Below, piece after piece: positions 1 to 8,955 of a stretch of 28,007 nucleotides of DNA. Numbering within the stretch: the stretch's first letter is position 1; every line of letters begins with the position of its first letter. Source of the stretch: Candidatus Methylomirabilia bacterium (GTDB lineage: Bacteria > Methylomirabilota > Methylomirabilia > Rokubacteriales > CSP1-6). The stretch spans positions 1-28,007 of the forward strand of contig JBGPXN010000049.1 in assembly GCA_041492755.1 (NCBI GenBank). Direction: 5' to 3'. Both the position numbers and the translations under genes were made by a program. The notes under the pieces were generated by a model. The model was not told the origin of the DNA, did no database searches, and saw only the letters and a program-made list of their open reading frames with translations.

Positions 1-1164
1 AAGCACGTCGAGGACGAAGTCCGAACCGCGCGGACACAACCCCAGGCGCTCCCGGCTCGCCCGACCGTCGCCCCGGGCCCCATCCCGGTCACACCGGAGG
101 CGTATCAGCAGCTCCGCCGCGGCATGCTCAGCCTTCTGGACGAGCGTCTGGACACGGTTCACGGCGGCTTCGGGACTGGAGACAAGCACCCACACCCGCG
201 GCTTCTCGCCTACCTGCTCGAACAGCACGGTGCCGGCGAGGATCGCCGCTACCTCGCAGCCGTCGAGAAGAGTCTCGGCGGGATCCTGGGCGGAATCTAT
301 GACCGGGTGGAGGGCGGATTCTTCCGCTACGCCGAGGGGCGGGACTGGCGCCAGCCCCACTACGAGAAGCTGGGGTATCTCAACGCCTCGCTGGCCGCCG
401 TCTTCGGCGAGGCGCATCGCCTGACCGGGAACCCGCGCTATCGGGAAGCCGCGGACTCCACCGTCGCCTACCTGATGCGGACACTCCACGATGCGAGGGC
501 CGGGGGATTTTACGGGAGTCAGACCGCCGACCCGACCTACTACCGCCTTGCCCCCGAGGATCGGCGGGCCGCGCGTCGCCCGCCGGTCAACCGTGACAAG
601 GTCACCGCGTGGAACGCCGAAGCCGCGCTGGCCTTCATGGCTCTCGGCCGGTCCTCGGGGCGCAAGGACGTCGTGGACGTTGCCCTGCGCACGCTCGAAT
701 TCATGCGGCGGAGTGTCGTCACCGAGAAGGGAGTGTTCCAGATCCACGAATCCAAGACGGGGCGTGGTCAGCTACTCGGTCAGCTCGAGCCCAACGCGTG
801 GGCGGCGCTGGCGTTTCTGGAGGGCTATCGCATCTCCCGTATCGAAGCCCACCGCCAGGCCGCCGAGCGGATCCTGGGGTATACGATGGCCGAGAAGTTC
901 GATGCGGCCAACGGCGTCTTCGCCGAGGAACGAGACTCCCGGCCTTCCCTGTACACCAACGGGCTGATGGCCGAGGCCCTGATCCGGGCTCATCGGCTCA
1001 CCGGACGGAAGGATTACCTCGATGCTGCCCGGAGGGCCCTCGCCGTGCTCGGCCCCGCGGCGCACGCTCTCCTGGTCGACGACGATGACGCGACGGCCAC
1101 CACTCGCGTCGCCGATGCCGTCTTCTATCTCAGGGTCTACGGGCAGGTCGTGACGAGCCCGTAG
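1..1164 (+). CDS. YyaL/DUF255 (SSP411-like) thioredoxin-domain protein, C-terminal alpha/alpha-barrel part; 5' truncated
   Basis: Frame is open from base 1. Motifs D..HGGFG...K.P, GGIYDRVEGGFFRYA...W..PHYEK, GGFYGSQ.AD and DK..TAWNA match the YyaL family. Confidence 0.85.
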   Translation, partial: KHVEDEVRTARTQPQALPARPTVAPGPIPVTPEAYQQLRRGMLSLLDERLDTVHGGFGTGDKHPHPRLLAYLLEQHGAGEDRRYLAAVEKSLGGILGGIYDRVEGGFFRYAEGRDWRQPHYEKLGYLNASLAAVFGEAHRLTGNPRYREAADSTVAYLMRTLHDARAGGFYGSQTADPTYYRLAPEDRRAARRPPVNRDKVTAWNAEAALAFMALGRSSGRKDVVDVALRTLEFMRRSVVTEKGVFQIHESKTGRGQLLGQLEPNAWAALAFLEGYRISRIEAHRQAAERILGYTMAEKFDAANGVFAEERDSRPSLYTNGLMAEALIRAHRLTGRKDYLDAARRALAVLGPAAHALLVDDDDATATTRVADAVFYLRVYGQVVTSP

Positions 1165-1193
1165 TCAAACCGAACGCAGGGGAGGAGCGCCCG

Positions 1194-3482
1194 CTACTTG
1201 TCGTGCATGACCCACACCCCGTCCCAGTCGTCGGGGGGTGGGTTGGCGATGAAGTGGTGACTGCGCTCGACGTAGAGGTGGGACGGCTTGTCCTTGGGAT
1301 GGAGCTTCAGAACCTCGGTGAAGGCGCCGACGGCCTTGTCGAAGCGGCGGGCCCGATACTCGGTCAGACCGAACTTGAACTGATTCAGCGCTTCCATCAG
1401 ATGCGGGAACGTCTCGTCGGTGTGGTAATCGAGCACTTCGTAGACGCCCACCGGCTGCGTCTTCCCCTTGACGACCAGGCGGTCCACCTCGCGCGCCCGA
1501 TACGTGCCGCGCAGCTTGCGATAGGTGTACTCGCTGACCAGGATCTTCGTCCCGTATGTCTTGCAGGCGCTCTCCAGGCGTGCGGCCAGGTTCACGCCGT
1601 CGCCGATGACGGTGTAGTCCATGCGCTTGGGCGAGCCGATGTTGCCCGACACCACCTCGTCGGTGTTGATGCCCACGCCCATGTCGATCGGCTTCATGCC
1701 GTGCACGGCGCGGTCGTGGTTGTGGGTGGCGAGCGTGCTCAGCATGGAGACGGCCGCCCGCACCGCCCGATCTTCGTCGTCGTCGTGGGCGATGGGGATG
1801 CCGAAGATCGACATGATGGCGTCGCCGATGAACTTGTCGAGCATCCCGCCCTGGCGGAGGATGCAGTCCACCATCAGCGTGAAGTACTCGTTGAGCAGGC
1901 CGACGGTGCCTTGAGGCCCGAGCTCCTCGGTGAGCGTGGTGAAGCCCCGGATGTCGGTGAAGAGCACGGAGGCGATGCTGCTCTTGCCGCCGAGCGCGTC
2001 CTCGCCGCTGGCCAGGAGCTGATCGGCGATGCCGGGGTCCATGTAGCGGGCCATGGTGCTCTTGACCCGCTTCTCGGTGCTGATGTCTTCCAGCATCATC
2101 ATGGAGCCCAGGTGCTGGCCCTTGGTGTTGTGCAGTGGGAGCACGGTGGAGTTCAGGTTGATCTTGTCGCCGCCGAACTCCATCTCGGCGTCCATCATCA
2201 CGTCGGGACCCTGCCCCTTGCTGAGGCCCTTCACGCGCTCCACGATCCACGCGTTGGGTCCGGCAAAGAACTCGTCGAGCTTCTTCTGGAGGACCTCGTC
2301 CGGTGTCGCGCGCAGGATGCGGAGGCCGGCGGCGTTGCAGGTGACGATCTTGCCTTCTTCGTCCGCGGTGAGGACCGCGTTCGACATCGACTCCAGCATC
2401 CCCTCGTTGTAGTTCTTCATGTTCTGGACGTCGTCGAAGAGCTTGGCGTTCTCCAGGCCGATGGAGATCTGGGAGGTGAACGCCTTGAGGCGCGCCTCGT
2501 CGTCGGCGGTGAAGGGGCCGCCCCGCTTGTTCAGGACCTGCGTCACCCCGATGACCTTGCCGCTCTTGTTCACCACGGGCACGCAGAGGATCGCGCGCGT
2601 GAAGTAGCCCGTCTGCTTGTCGAACGACGGATTGAAGCGCAGGTCGGCGTAGGCGTGGGGGATGTTGACGGTCTGGCCGCTGGTGAAGACGGCGCCCGCG
2701 ATGCCGAGGTGGTTGGGCAGGCGGATCTGGGTCGAGCCGAGGCCCTGGCCGATCTCCGTGTACAGCTCGTTCGTCTTCTCGTTGTTGAGGAAGAGCGTCG
2801 AGCGCTCCGCGTTCAGCATCTTGGTCACGGTGCCCATGATCTTTTGGAGCAGGGGACCGAGCTGGATCTCCGACGAGATGTCGGAGACGACGCCGAGGAA
2901 CTCGGATTCCTTCTCCCGCGAGCGGGCCATCTTCTCGATGAAGATCGACCGCTGCAGCGACACCGCGGCTTGCGTGCTCATGCGCGTGAGGAGGGTGAGG
3001 TCGGCCGCCGTGAACTTTCCCTGGTTCCTGTTGAGCACTTCGGCGGCGCCGATGATCTCGCCCTTCACGGTGCGGATCGGCGCGCACAGGATGCTCTCGG
3101 TCCGGTACCCGGTCTGCTCGTCGACGGCCGGGTTGAAGCGCGAATCGGAGTAGGCGTCGTTGATGACGGCGCCCTCGCCGCTGGTGAACACGTGGCCGGC
3201 CACGCCGCTGGTGTTGAGCATGCGGATCTCGCGCTTGAACGAGCCCTGCATGATCCGCGAGTACAGCTCGCCCGTCTCCGGATCGTTCACGAAGAGCGTG
3301 CCGCGGTCGGCGCCGAGCGCGGCGATGACGGTGTCGACCATGGCCTGGAGCTGATCGTCCAGGCTCTCGGCCTCGGCCACCCGGTGCGCGACCTGGAGCA
3401 GCGTTTCCGCGATCCGCAGCTTGGCGTCACGGCTGCGGGGATCGGCGGCGCGGCGGGGCCGGCGCTTCGCTCTCGATTTCAT
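1194..3482 (-). CDS. Class III adenylate cyclase, GAF-GAF-PAS-cyclase-TPR architecture (CyaB1-like)
   Basis: Two GAF repeats (ADRGTLF..D...ELY / AERSTLF...ELY; DAYSDSRFN / HAYADLRFN) and a PAS-like segment. Catalytic motifs FTDIRGFT, DKFIGDAIM and DYTVIGDGVNLAARLE are intact. C-terminal TPR-like helices end in PPDDWDGV. Confidence 0.93.
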   Translation of the reverse strand: MKSRAKRRPRRAADPRSRDAKLRIAETLLQVAHRVAEAESLDDQLQAMVDTVIAALGADRGTLFVNDPETGELYSRIMQGSFKREIRMLNTSGVAGHVFTSGEGAVINDAYSDSRFNPAVDEQTGYRTESILCAPIRTVKGEIIGAAEVLNRNQGKFTAADLTLLTRMSTQAAVSLQRSIFIEKMARSREKESEFLGVVSDISSEIQLGPLLQKIMGTVTKMLNAERSTLFLNNEKTNELYTEIGQGLGSTQIRLPNHLGIAGAVFTSGQTVNIPHAYADLRFNPSFDKQTGYFTRAILCVPVVNKSGKVIGVTQVLNKRGGPFTADDEARLKAFTSQISIGLENAKLFDDVQNMKNYNEGMLESMSNAVLTADEEGKIVTCNAAGLRILRATPDEVLQKKLDEFFAGPNAWIVERVKGLSKGQGPDVMMDAEMEFGGDKINLNSTVLPLHNTKGQHLGSMMMLEDISTEKRVKSTMARYMDPGIADQLLASGEDALGGKSSIASVLFTDIRGFTTLTEELGPQGTVGLLNEYFTLMVDCILRQGGMLDKFIGDAIMSIFGIPIAHDDDEDRAVRAAVSMLSTLATHNHDRAVHGMKPIDMGVGINTDEVVSGNIGSPKRMDYTVIGDGVNLAARLESACKTYGTKILVSEYTYRKLRGTYRAREVDRLVVKGKTQPVGVYEVLDYHTDETFPHLMEALNQFKFGLTEYRARRFDKAVGAFTEVLKLHPKDKPSHLYVERSHHFIANPPPDDWDGVWVMHDK

Positions 3483-3961
3483 CGGGCGCGTTGCTCCAGC
3501 TCCTGGCGCAGGGCCGCGATCGCTTCTTGAAGCTGCCGTCGCTCATCGCGCTGGGTCCGCTCCGCGGTCTGCACCGCCTGGTCGAACTCGATCTTCTGCC
3601 CCTCGAGCTGGTCACGGAGGTGGGCCGCGGTCTGCCGGAGCTGCGCGGCCTCGTCCTGGGCCAGGGCGCTCACGCGTTGCACGGCGACGTCGCGCTCGAT
3701 GCCGGCTTTCTCCAGCTCGTCCCGGAGCACCCGGACGGCGTCACGGAGCTGCGCCTTCTCGTCGTTGGCGGCGGCGACCGCGGTCTGGATGGCGTCGTCC
3801 CGGCTCCGGGCGGCGGCCTCGAGCTGCTCGCGGAGGGCGGCGATGGTGTCCTTGAGATGGCGGATGTCCTTCTCCAGAGCATGCGTGTCTGTCTCGAGAG
3901 CGGCCATCCGCGGCGCTGTTTGCGCTTTCACGACTCCCCCGGCGGTTTTAGGACGGGGCAT
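3479..3961 (-). CDS. Coiled-coil protein with 36-aa tandem repeats; start uncertain (3961, 3931 or 3907)
   Basis: Its stop overlaps the cyclase start (ATGA at 3479-3482). The sequence is rich in A/E/Q/R/L heptads, with three repeats of D.A(I/V)Q......DE..QL......LR..LE. Confidence 0.75.
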   Translation of the reverse strand: MPRPKTAGGVVKAQTAPRMAALETDTHALEKDIRHLKDTIAALREQLEAAARSRDDAIQTAVAAANDEKAQLRDAVRVLRDELEKAGIERDVAVQRVSALAQDEAAQLRQTAAHLRDQLEGQKIEFDQAVQTAERTQRDERRQLQEAIAALRQELEQRAR

Positions 3962-4075
3962 TTTAACACGCGGGGTACCTGCCGACGGCGTGGCATCGGC
4001 GCCATACGGGACACGGCGATCGCGATGTGGTCGAAGCGGGTCAGGGACACCGGCGGGCCAGTTTACGATGTCGCC

Positions 4076-4432
4076 ATGACCATTGAGAATCCGAACGTGC
4101 CGTCCAGCGACCCGACAACTCCGCCGTTCGTCCGCGTGCCCGGCTGCGATCTGTGCCGGGCCCAAAAGATCACCCCCTGGTTTCACGAGGACGACGTCTG
4201 CTGGATTGCGGACTGCGAGATCTGCGACGTGCCCATGGTCGTCTGGCGGTGGCACGGCACCCAGCCGCCGGCCGAGCACGTCGCCCACATGCGGGCGAAG
4301 CTGACCGAGGTGGCGACGGCACGGTTCGGCGACTTCTGGTTCGACAATCACATGCGCAACATCCCGGACCACTATCACGCCCACGGCCGCCCGCGCGACG
4401 GGTTCTTCGGCCGCGACGCGCGACGGCGGTAG
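4076..4432 (+). CDS. Small HIT-like, probably zinc-binding protein
   Basis: CDLC and CEIC pairs plus a C-terminal IPDHYHAH (HxHxH) motif. TACGAT lies 6 nt before the ATG. Confidence 0.7.
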   Translation: MTIENPNVPSSDPTTPPFVRVPGCDLCRAQKITPWFHEDDVCWIADCEICDVPMVVWRWHGTQPPAEHVAHMRAKLTEVATARFGDFWFDNHMRNIPDHYHAHGRPRDGFFGRDARRR

Positions 4433-4566
4433 TCAGGGCCAGCTCGTGCGACGTCGGGGCCGGAGAAGAACGGCTTGGCTCAGGGCGGAGACGAGCTGAG
4501 GGTGGAAGCCGTCCCGGCCGCGTCGGCTGCTTACCGGCGCGCCGCGCCGGTCGTGGGCTTGAAGAC

Positions 4567-5028
4567 TCACTGCTCGCAGCGAACCGCGAACCAGTACGTC
4601 CAGCCGATCAGCAGTAGCTGGAGCGGGATCCGGACGAGGAGATACATCGGCCCGGTCCCGTGACCGCCCAGGTCGATCCGGTTGAGCGCGGCAAACACGT
4701 TCGCCGGGAACACCAGGACGAGGAACACGATCAGCGCGCCGCCGGCCAGGCGCGCGAACCCCGGGATGAGCAGACCCGCCGCGCCCGCCAGCTCCAGCAC
4801 GCCGGTCACCAGCACGATCGCTTTTCGCCCCGGCACCCAGGACGGCAGCATCCCGGCCATCGGCTCGGTCACGAGGAAGTGGCCGAGGCCGGTGAAGAGG
4901 AACAGCACGGCGAGCGCGATGCGCCCGCGCAGACCCACCTCGATCCGGCCACCGCCGAGGAGGCGGTCGATCAGCGTCAGCAGGCCGAACGAGCCCAGGA
5001 GAATCGCGGTGAGGAGGATCAGCAGCAT
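4567..5028 (-). CDS. DoxX-like membrane protein
   Basis: Hydrophobic helices and motifs FTGLGHF...MLPSWVP, TGVLELAGA.GLL, VFPANV and RIPLQ. The start overlaps the fpg stop (TAATG). Confidence 0.85.
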   Translation of the reverse strand: MLLILLTAILLGSFGLLTLIDRLLGGGRIEVGLRGRIALAVLFLFTGLGHFLVTEPMAGMLPSWVPGRKAIVLVTGVLELAGAAGLLIPGFARLAGGALIVFLVLVFPANVFAALNRIDLGGHGTGPMYLLVRIPLQLLLIGWTYWFAVRCEQ

Positions 5029-5867
5029 TACTTCTGAACCGCCGGAACCCAGGCCGTCGTCCGCCCGCCTACGGTCGCGTAGCGAATGCTCTGACCGCGG
5101 CCGGTGACGGCGCCGGCCTGCCGGCCCCAGCGATCGTGGAAGAGCCACGAGCGCGGGAACCGGTCGCCGTCGGCACGCAGGCGGACGGCGGTGGCGACCA
5201 CGGCGCGGAGCCGCTCGCGCAGCCGCGTCAGCTCGGCGGGGGTCAAGGTGTCGGCGCGGCGACGCGGATCGATGCGAGCCTGGTAGAGGACCTCGTCCGC
5301 GATCCAGTTGCCAACACCGGCCGAGAAGGCCTGATCGAGCAGCACCGCTTTGATGGGCGCCGTCCGGCCTTGCAACAGCGCGCGGAACTCGGCGAGCGGC
5401 GGGAGCCCCCGGAGCACGTCGAAGCCCAGCAGGCTGATCGGTGGCTCGCCGCGCGGATCGTGACGGAGCCGGATGCGGCCGAGGCGCCGGGCGTCGGCGA
5501 TCACGAGCTCGCCACCGTCGTCGAACTCGAGATGAAGCTTCCAGAAGCGCGGCGGCCACACGATCAGGGGCCGCTTCCGGCCGCTCGACACGAGATGCAC
5601 GCTGGACGCGCCCGGCACGTGCACGCCGCCGGTCATCCCGAAGTGCGCGCACAGCCACGGCCGGCCGTCGAGCTCGAACCAGAAGTGCTTGCCGTGCCGG
5701 TGCAGCGCGCGCACGCACCGCCCCAGCAGCGCGCGGCGGATGCGAGCCGCGCTCACGCCTTCGAAGACGATCGGATCGGCCGCGCACCGCACGCCGGTGA
5801 TCCGGCGCCCGATGGCGACGCGCGCGGCCGTCCGGCGCGCCATCTCGACTTCGGGAAGCTCCGGCAT
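5028..5867 (-). CDS. mutM: Formamidopyrimidine-DNA glycosylase (Fpg/Nei family), zinc-finger-less type
   Basis: N-terminal MPELPEVE, RHGKH, HFGMTG, DARRLG and the H2TH motif LLDQ...AGVGNWIADEVL. The C-terminus GGRTTAWVPAVQK has no Cys4 finger. Confidence 0.9.
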   Translation of the reverse strand: MPELPEVEMARRTAARVAIGRRITGVRCAADPIVFEGVSAARIRRALLGRCVRALHRHGKHFWFELDGRPWLCAHFGMTGGVHVPGASSVHLVSSGRKRPLIVWPPRFWKLHLEFDDGGELVIADARRLGRIRLRHDPRGEPPISLLGFDVLRGLPPLAEFRALLQGRTAPIKAVLLDQAFSAGVGNWIADEVLYQARIDPRRRADTLTPAELTRLRERLRAVVATAVRLRADGDRFPRSWLFHDRWGRQAGAVTGRGQSIRYATVGGRTTAWVPAVQK

Positions 5868-5978
5868 GCGCCGGCCTCAGCGATTCGCGGCGAAGCGTGC
5901 GATCATGGCCGGCATCATACGGCGGCCCGCGCGTCGACGCGAGACGCGCGGCCGCCCACCGCCGCGGTGGAGGACACC

Positions 5979-6953
5979 ATGGACTATCGGCTTCTCGGAC
6001 GAACCGGACTGCGCGTCTCGGTGCTGGGCTTCGGGTGTGGCAACGTCGGCGGGCTCATCATCCGGGGCACGCCGGCCGAACGGGAGCACGCGGTCGCCCG
6101 CGCGCTGGAGCTCGGGATCAACTACTTCGACACCGCGGTGGCCTACGGTGACGGCGTCTCCGAGCGTCACATCGGGCAAGCGCTGCGCGCCTTCAAGAGC
6201 GGGTGGTACCTCGGCACGAAGTTCCGCGTCGAGCCGTCGGAGAAGGACGTGCCCGGCGCCGTCGCGCGCTCCCTGGAGGGCAGCCTGCAGCGGTTGGGCA
6301 TGGAGCGCGTGGATCTGCTGCAGCTGCACAACCCTATCGGCACGCCCCGCGGTCTCACCGCCCGCTTCGTCATCGACGAGGTCGTCCCCGCGCTGGAACG
6401 GCTGCGCAAGGACGGCAAGGTCCGTTTCTACGGCATCACCGCCAACGGCGAGCCGGGCGCCATTCACGACGTGATCGAGTCGGGCGCCATCGATACCACC
6501 CAGGTCTTCTACAACCTGCTCAACCCCAGCGCCGGCCGCGACGTGCCCGCGGGTTTCCCCGGCGTGGATTTCCGCCGCCTGCTGCACAAGACCCGCGAGG
6601 GCAACGTCGGCGTCATCGGCGTCCGCGTGCTGGCCGCGGGCGCGCTGAGCGGCGTGAGCGAGCGCCATCCCGTCGCGGTGCCGAGCGTCGACCCGATCGC
6701 CTCCGGTCCCGATTACGACACCGACGTGCGCTGGGCCCGGTCATTGCGCTTTCTCGTCGATGAAGGACATGCCGCGAGCCTGGTGGAGGCCTCGTTCCGG
6801 TTCGTCACGGGAACGCCGGAGGTCTCGACGGCGCTGGTGGGCTCTTCGAGCCTCGAGCATCTCGAGACGGCCGCGGCCGCCGTGGCCCGCGGTCCGCTGC
6901 CCGGCCCCGCGCTCGCCCGTCTCGCCGACGCCTGGAAAACGTTCGCTCGATGA
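5979..6953 (+). CDS. Aldo/keto reductase
   Basis: GGAGGA RBS. Motifs YRLLGRTGLRVSVLGFG, GINYFDTAVAYG, TK and SLQRLGMERVDLLQLH. Confidence 0.93.
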   Translation: MDYRLLGRTGLRVSVLGFGCGNVGGLIIRGTPAEREHAVARALELGINYFDTAVAYGDGVSERHIGQALRAFKSGWYLGTKFRVEPSEKDVPGAVARSLEGSLQRLGMERVDLLQLHNPIGTPRGLTARFVIDEVVPALERLRKDGKVRFYGITANGEPGAIHDVIESGAIDTTQVFYNLLNPSAGRDVPAGFPGVDFRRLLHKTREGNVGVIGVRVLAAGALSGVSERHPVAVPSVDPIASGPDYDTDVRWARSLRFLVDEGHAASLVEASFRFVTGTPEVSTALVGSSSLEHLETAAAAVARGPLPGPALARLADAWKTFAR

Positions 6954-6962
6954 CGGGGATCG

Positions 6963-6978
6963 CGTTCGTCAGCGAACG
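6963..6978. terminator. Hairpin between convergent genes (possible terminator)
   Basis: CGTTCG-TCAG-CGAACG in the 36-bp gap between two convergent stops. No U-tract. Confidence 0.3.
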
Positions 6979-6989
6979 AGCGGATCGCC

Positions 6990-8153
6990 TCAGCGAAAGA
7001 GCGAGCGGGCGATGACCATGCGATGCACCTCCGACGGCCCTTCGCCGATGCGGCGCACGCGGGCCTCGCGGTACCAGCGCTCGAGCGGGAACTCCTTCGA
7101 CACGCCGTAGCCGCCGTGGATCTGCACGGCGGCGTCGATGACGCGCCCGAGCACTTCGCTCGAGTGGAGCTTGGCGATGGACGCCTCCACGCGGGAGTCC
7201 TCTCCGCGATCGGCTTTCCACGCGCCTTCCCAGATGAGCCAGCGCGCGGCGCGAATCTCCACCTCGGCGTCGGCCAGCATCCACTGGATGGCTTGCCGCT
7301 GGCTCAGCGGCGCGCCGAAGGTCGAGCGGTGCTTGGCGTGCTCGATGGCCATGCGATGCGCGGCGACGGCGACGCCCAGGTTGCACGCCGAGTACGGGAA
7401 CCGGTTCTTGTTGAGCAGGTCGAAGCAGAGGTTGAGGCCTTGCCCCTCCTGGCCGAGCAGGTTCTCGGCCGGGAGCGCGCAGTCCTCGAAGACGACGTCG
7501 TTCGGGATCGCGCTGGTCCGGATGGTGCGGAAGGGCTTGGCGGTGAAGCCCGGCGTGCCGTGCTCGAGGATGAAGCACGAGATGCCGGAGCGCCCCTTCT
7601 CCTTGTTGGTCCGCGCGAACACGACGCCCCACGGCGCGTCGTGGGCCCGGGAGATGAAGACCTTCCGGCCGTTGAGGATCCACTGGTCACCGCGCCGCTC
7701 GGCCCGCGTCTGGATCGCGCCCGCGGGGTCCGAGCCGCCCGACGGCTCCGTGATCGCCCAGAACGTCTCGTAGCCCTCACGCACCGCCGGCAGGGCGTAC
7801 TTCTCGATCTGCTCGCGCGTACCGCCCCAGATGACGGGCGCGGGATTGCGCCCGAACACGCCGCCGCCCGGGTTGTAGAGCCCCATCCGGTGCTGTGCCA
7901 TCTCCTCCAGCACCACGCACATGCTGAAGGTGTCGAGTCCACCGCCGCCCCATTCGGCCGGCGCGCCGAGCGCCCACAACCCGGCCGCCCGTGTCTTGGC
8001 GGACAGGCGCTGGTAGTCTTCCGCAGGGAGATCGGGAGCATCGGGATCGATGCGCTGCTCGACCGGGATGATCTCGTCGCGCACGAAGCGACGGATCTGT
8101 TCCCGCAACGCCACCAGCTCGGACGGTAGGGTGAATCCTGGGAACATCGGCAT
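6990..8153 (-). CDS. Acyl-CoA dehydrogenase family protein
   Basis: Motifs AITEPSGGSD, LNGRKVFIS, RSTFGAPL..RQAIQWMLAD, AVQIHGGYG and RIGEGPSEVHR. Confidence 0.95.
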   Translation of the reverse strand: MPMFPGFTLPSELVALREQIRRFVRDEIIPVEQRIDPDAPDLPAEDYQRLSAKTRAAGLWALGAPAEWGGGGLDTFSMCVVLEEMAQHRMGLYNPGGGVFGRNPAPVIWGGTREQIEKYALPAVREGYETFWAITEPSGGSDPAGAIQTRAERRGDQWILNGRKVFISRAHDAPWGVVFARTNKEKGRSGISCFILEHGTPGFTAKPFRTIRTSAIPNDVVFEDCALPAENLLGQEGQGLNLCFDLLNKNRFPYSACNLGVAVAAHRMAIEHAKHRSTFGAPLSQRQAIQWMLADAEVEIRAARWLIWEGAWKADRGEDSRVEASIAKLHSSEVLGRVIDAAVQIHGGYGVSKEFPLERWYREARVRRIGEGPSEVHRMVIARSLFR

Positions 8154-8204
8154 CGGGGGATATTACCAGTCTCCGGTATCATCGGCACCACGGAGGACAA
8201 CCAC

Positions 8205-8942
8205 GTGGCCAAGAGTGTCGTCACCCCCGACCGGTTCGCCAGAGGCATGACGTTTGCCGAGTACCTGGAGTACACGGGGAGCGCCGAGAACCTCGCTCGC
8301 GAGGCCTTCGGCGGCTATTTCCCCGACAGCGGCTCGTTCGGCGCCCCGCGCAAGGACAACAGCGGCGTGTTTCGCGAGCGCTACGCCCGCGCACGCCTCA
8401 GCGACTACCAGACGGCCGCCATCAAGGGGCTGGCCGCGCAACCCAACGGGCCGTCGAAGATCCTCGTGATCTCCGAGGACTGGTCGTCCGATTGCCGGCG
8501 CGACGTGCCGATGCTCCAGCGGCTCGCCGAGGCCGGTGGCCTGGAGATGCGTATCTTCAATCGCGACGGCAAGAAGGTCCTCGGCACCCGGCGTCCCGAT
8601 CCCGACGTCGCGCCCGACGCCAACCACGACCTCATGCTCGAGTTCATGAACAAGAAGAACGAGGGGGAGTGGGCATCCGTCCCGGTCGCCGCGTTCTATA
8701 CGAAGGACTTTCGGGAGCTGTACCGGTACCTCGAGTATCCCGCGATCTATCACAAGGACCGCATCCGAGGACACATGCAGGCGGTCGGCCCGGGCGAGAC
8801 CAGGGAGCAGGCGAAGGAGCGTGACGCGCGCGAGTTCCTGACCATGCAAAACTCGCCGTTCTTCGACCTGTGGGCGGCCGCGGGCATCGACCAGATCCTG
8901 AGCGCGCTGCACGAGAAGCTGGCCGTCCCCGAGTTCGAGTGA
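8205..8942 (+). CDS. Thioredoxin-like family protein (Thioredoxin_9-like) with SxxC motif
   Basis: GGAGGA RBS with GTG start. Motifs GMTFAEY, ILVISEDWSSDC...VP.L and the cis-Pro-like SVPV. Confidence 0.75.
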   Translation: MAKSVVTPDRFARGMTFAEYLEYTGSAENLAREAFGGYFPDSGSFGAPRKDNSGVFRERYARARLSDYQTAAIKGLAAQPNGPSKILVISEDWSSDCRRDVPMLQRLAEAGGLEMRIFNRDGKKVLGTRRPDPDVAPDANHDLMLEFMNKKNEGEWASVPVAAFYTKDFRELYRYLEYPAIYHKDRIRGHMQAVGPGETREQAKERDAREFLTMQNSPFFDLWAAAGIDQILSALHEKLAVPEFE

Positions 8943-8955
8943 GGTCAGTCACGTC

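Noticed and set aside
1203..3530. Long antisense or alternate-frame ORFs (775 aa here; also 14263-15951, 19875-21410, 11666-12988 and others)
   Set aside because: These are shadow ORFs of high-GC genes. They overlap well-supported CDSs and carry no family motifs.
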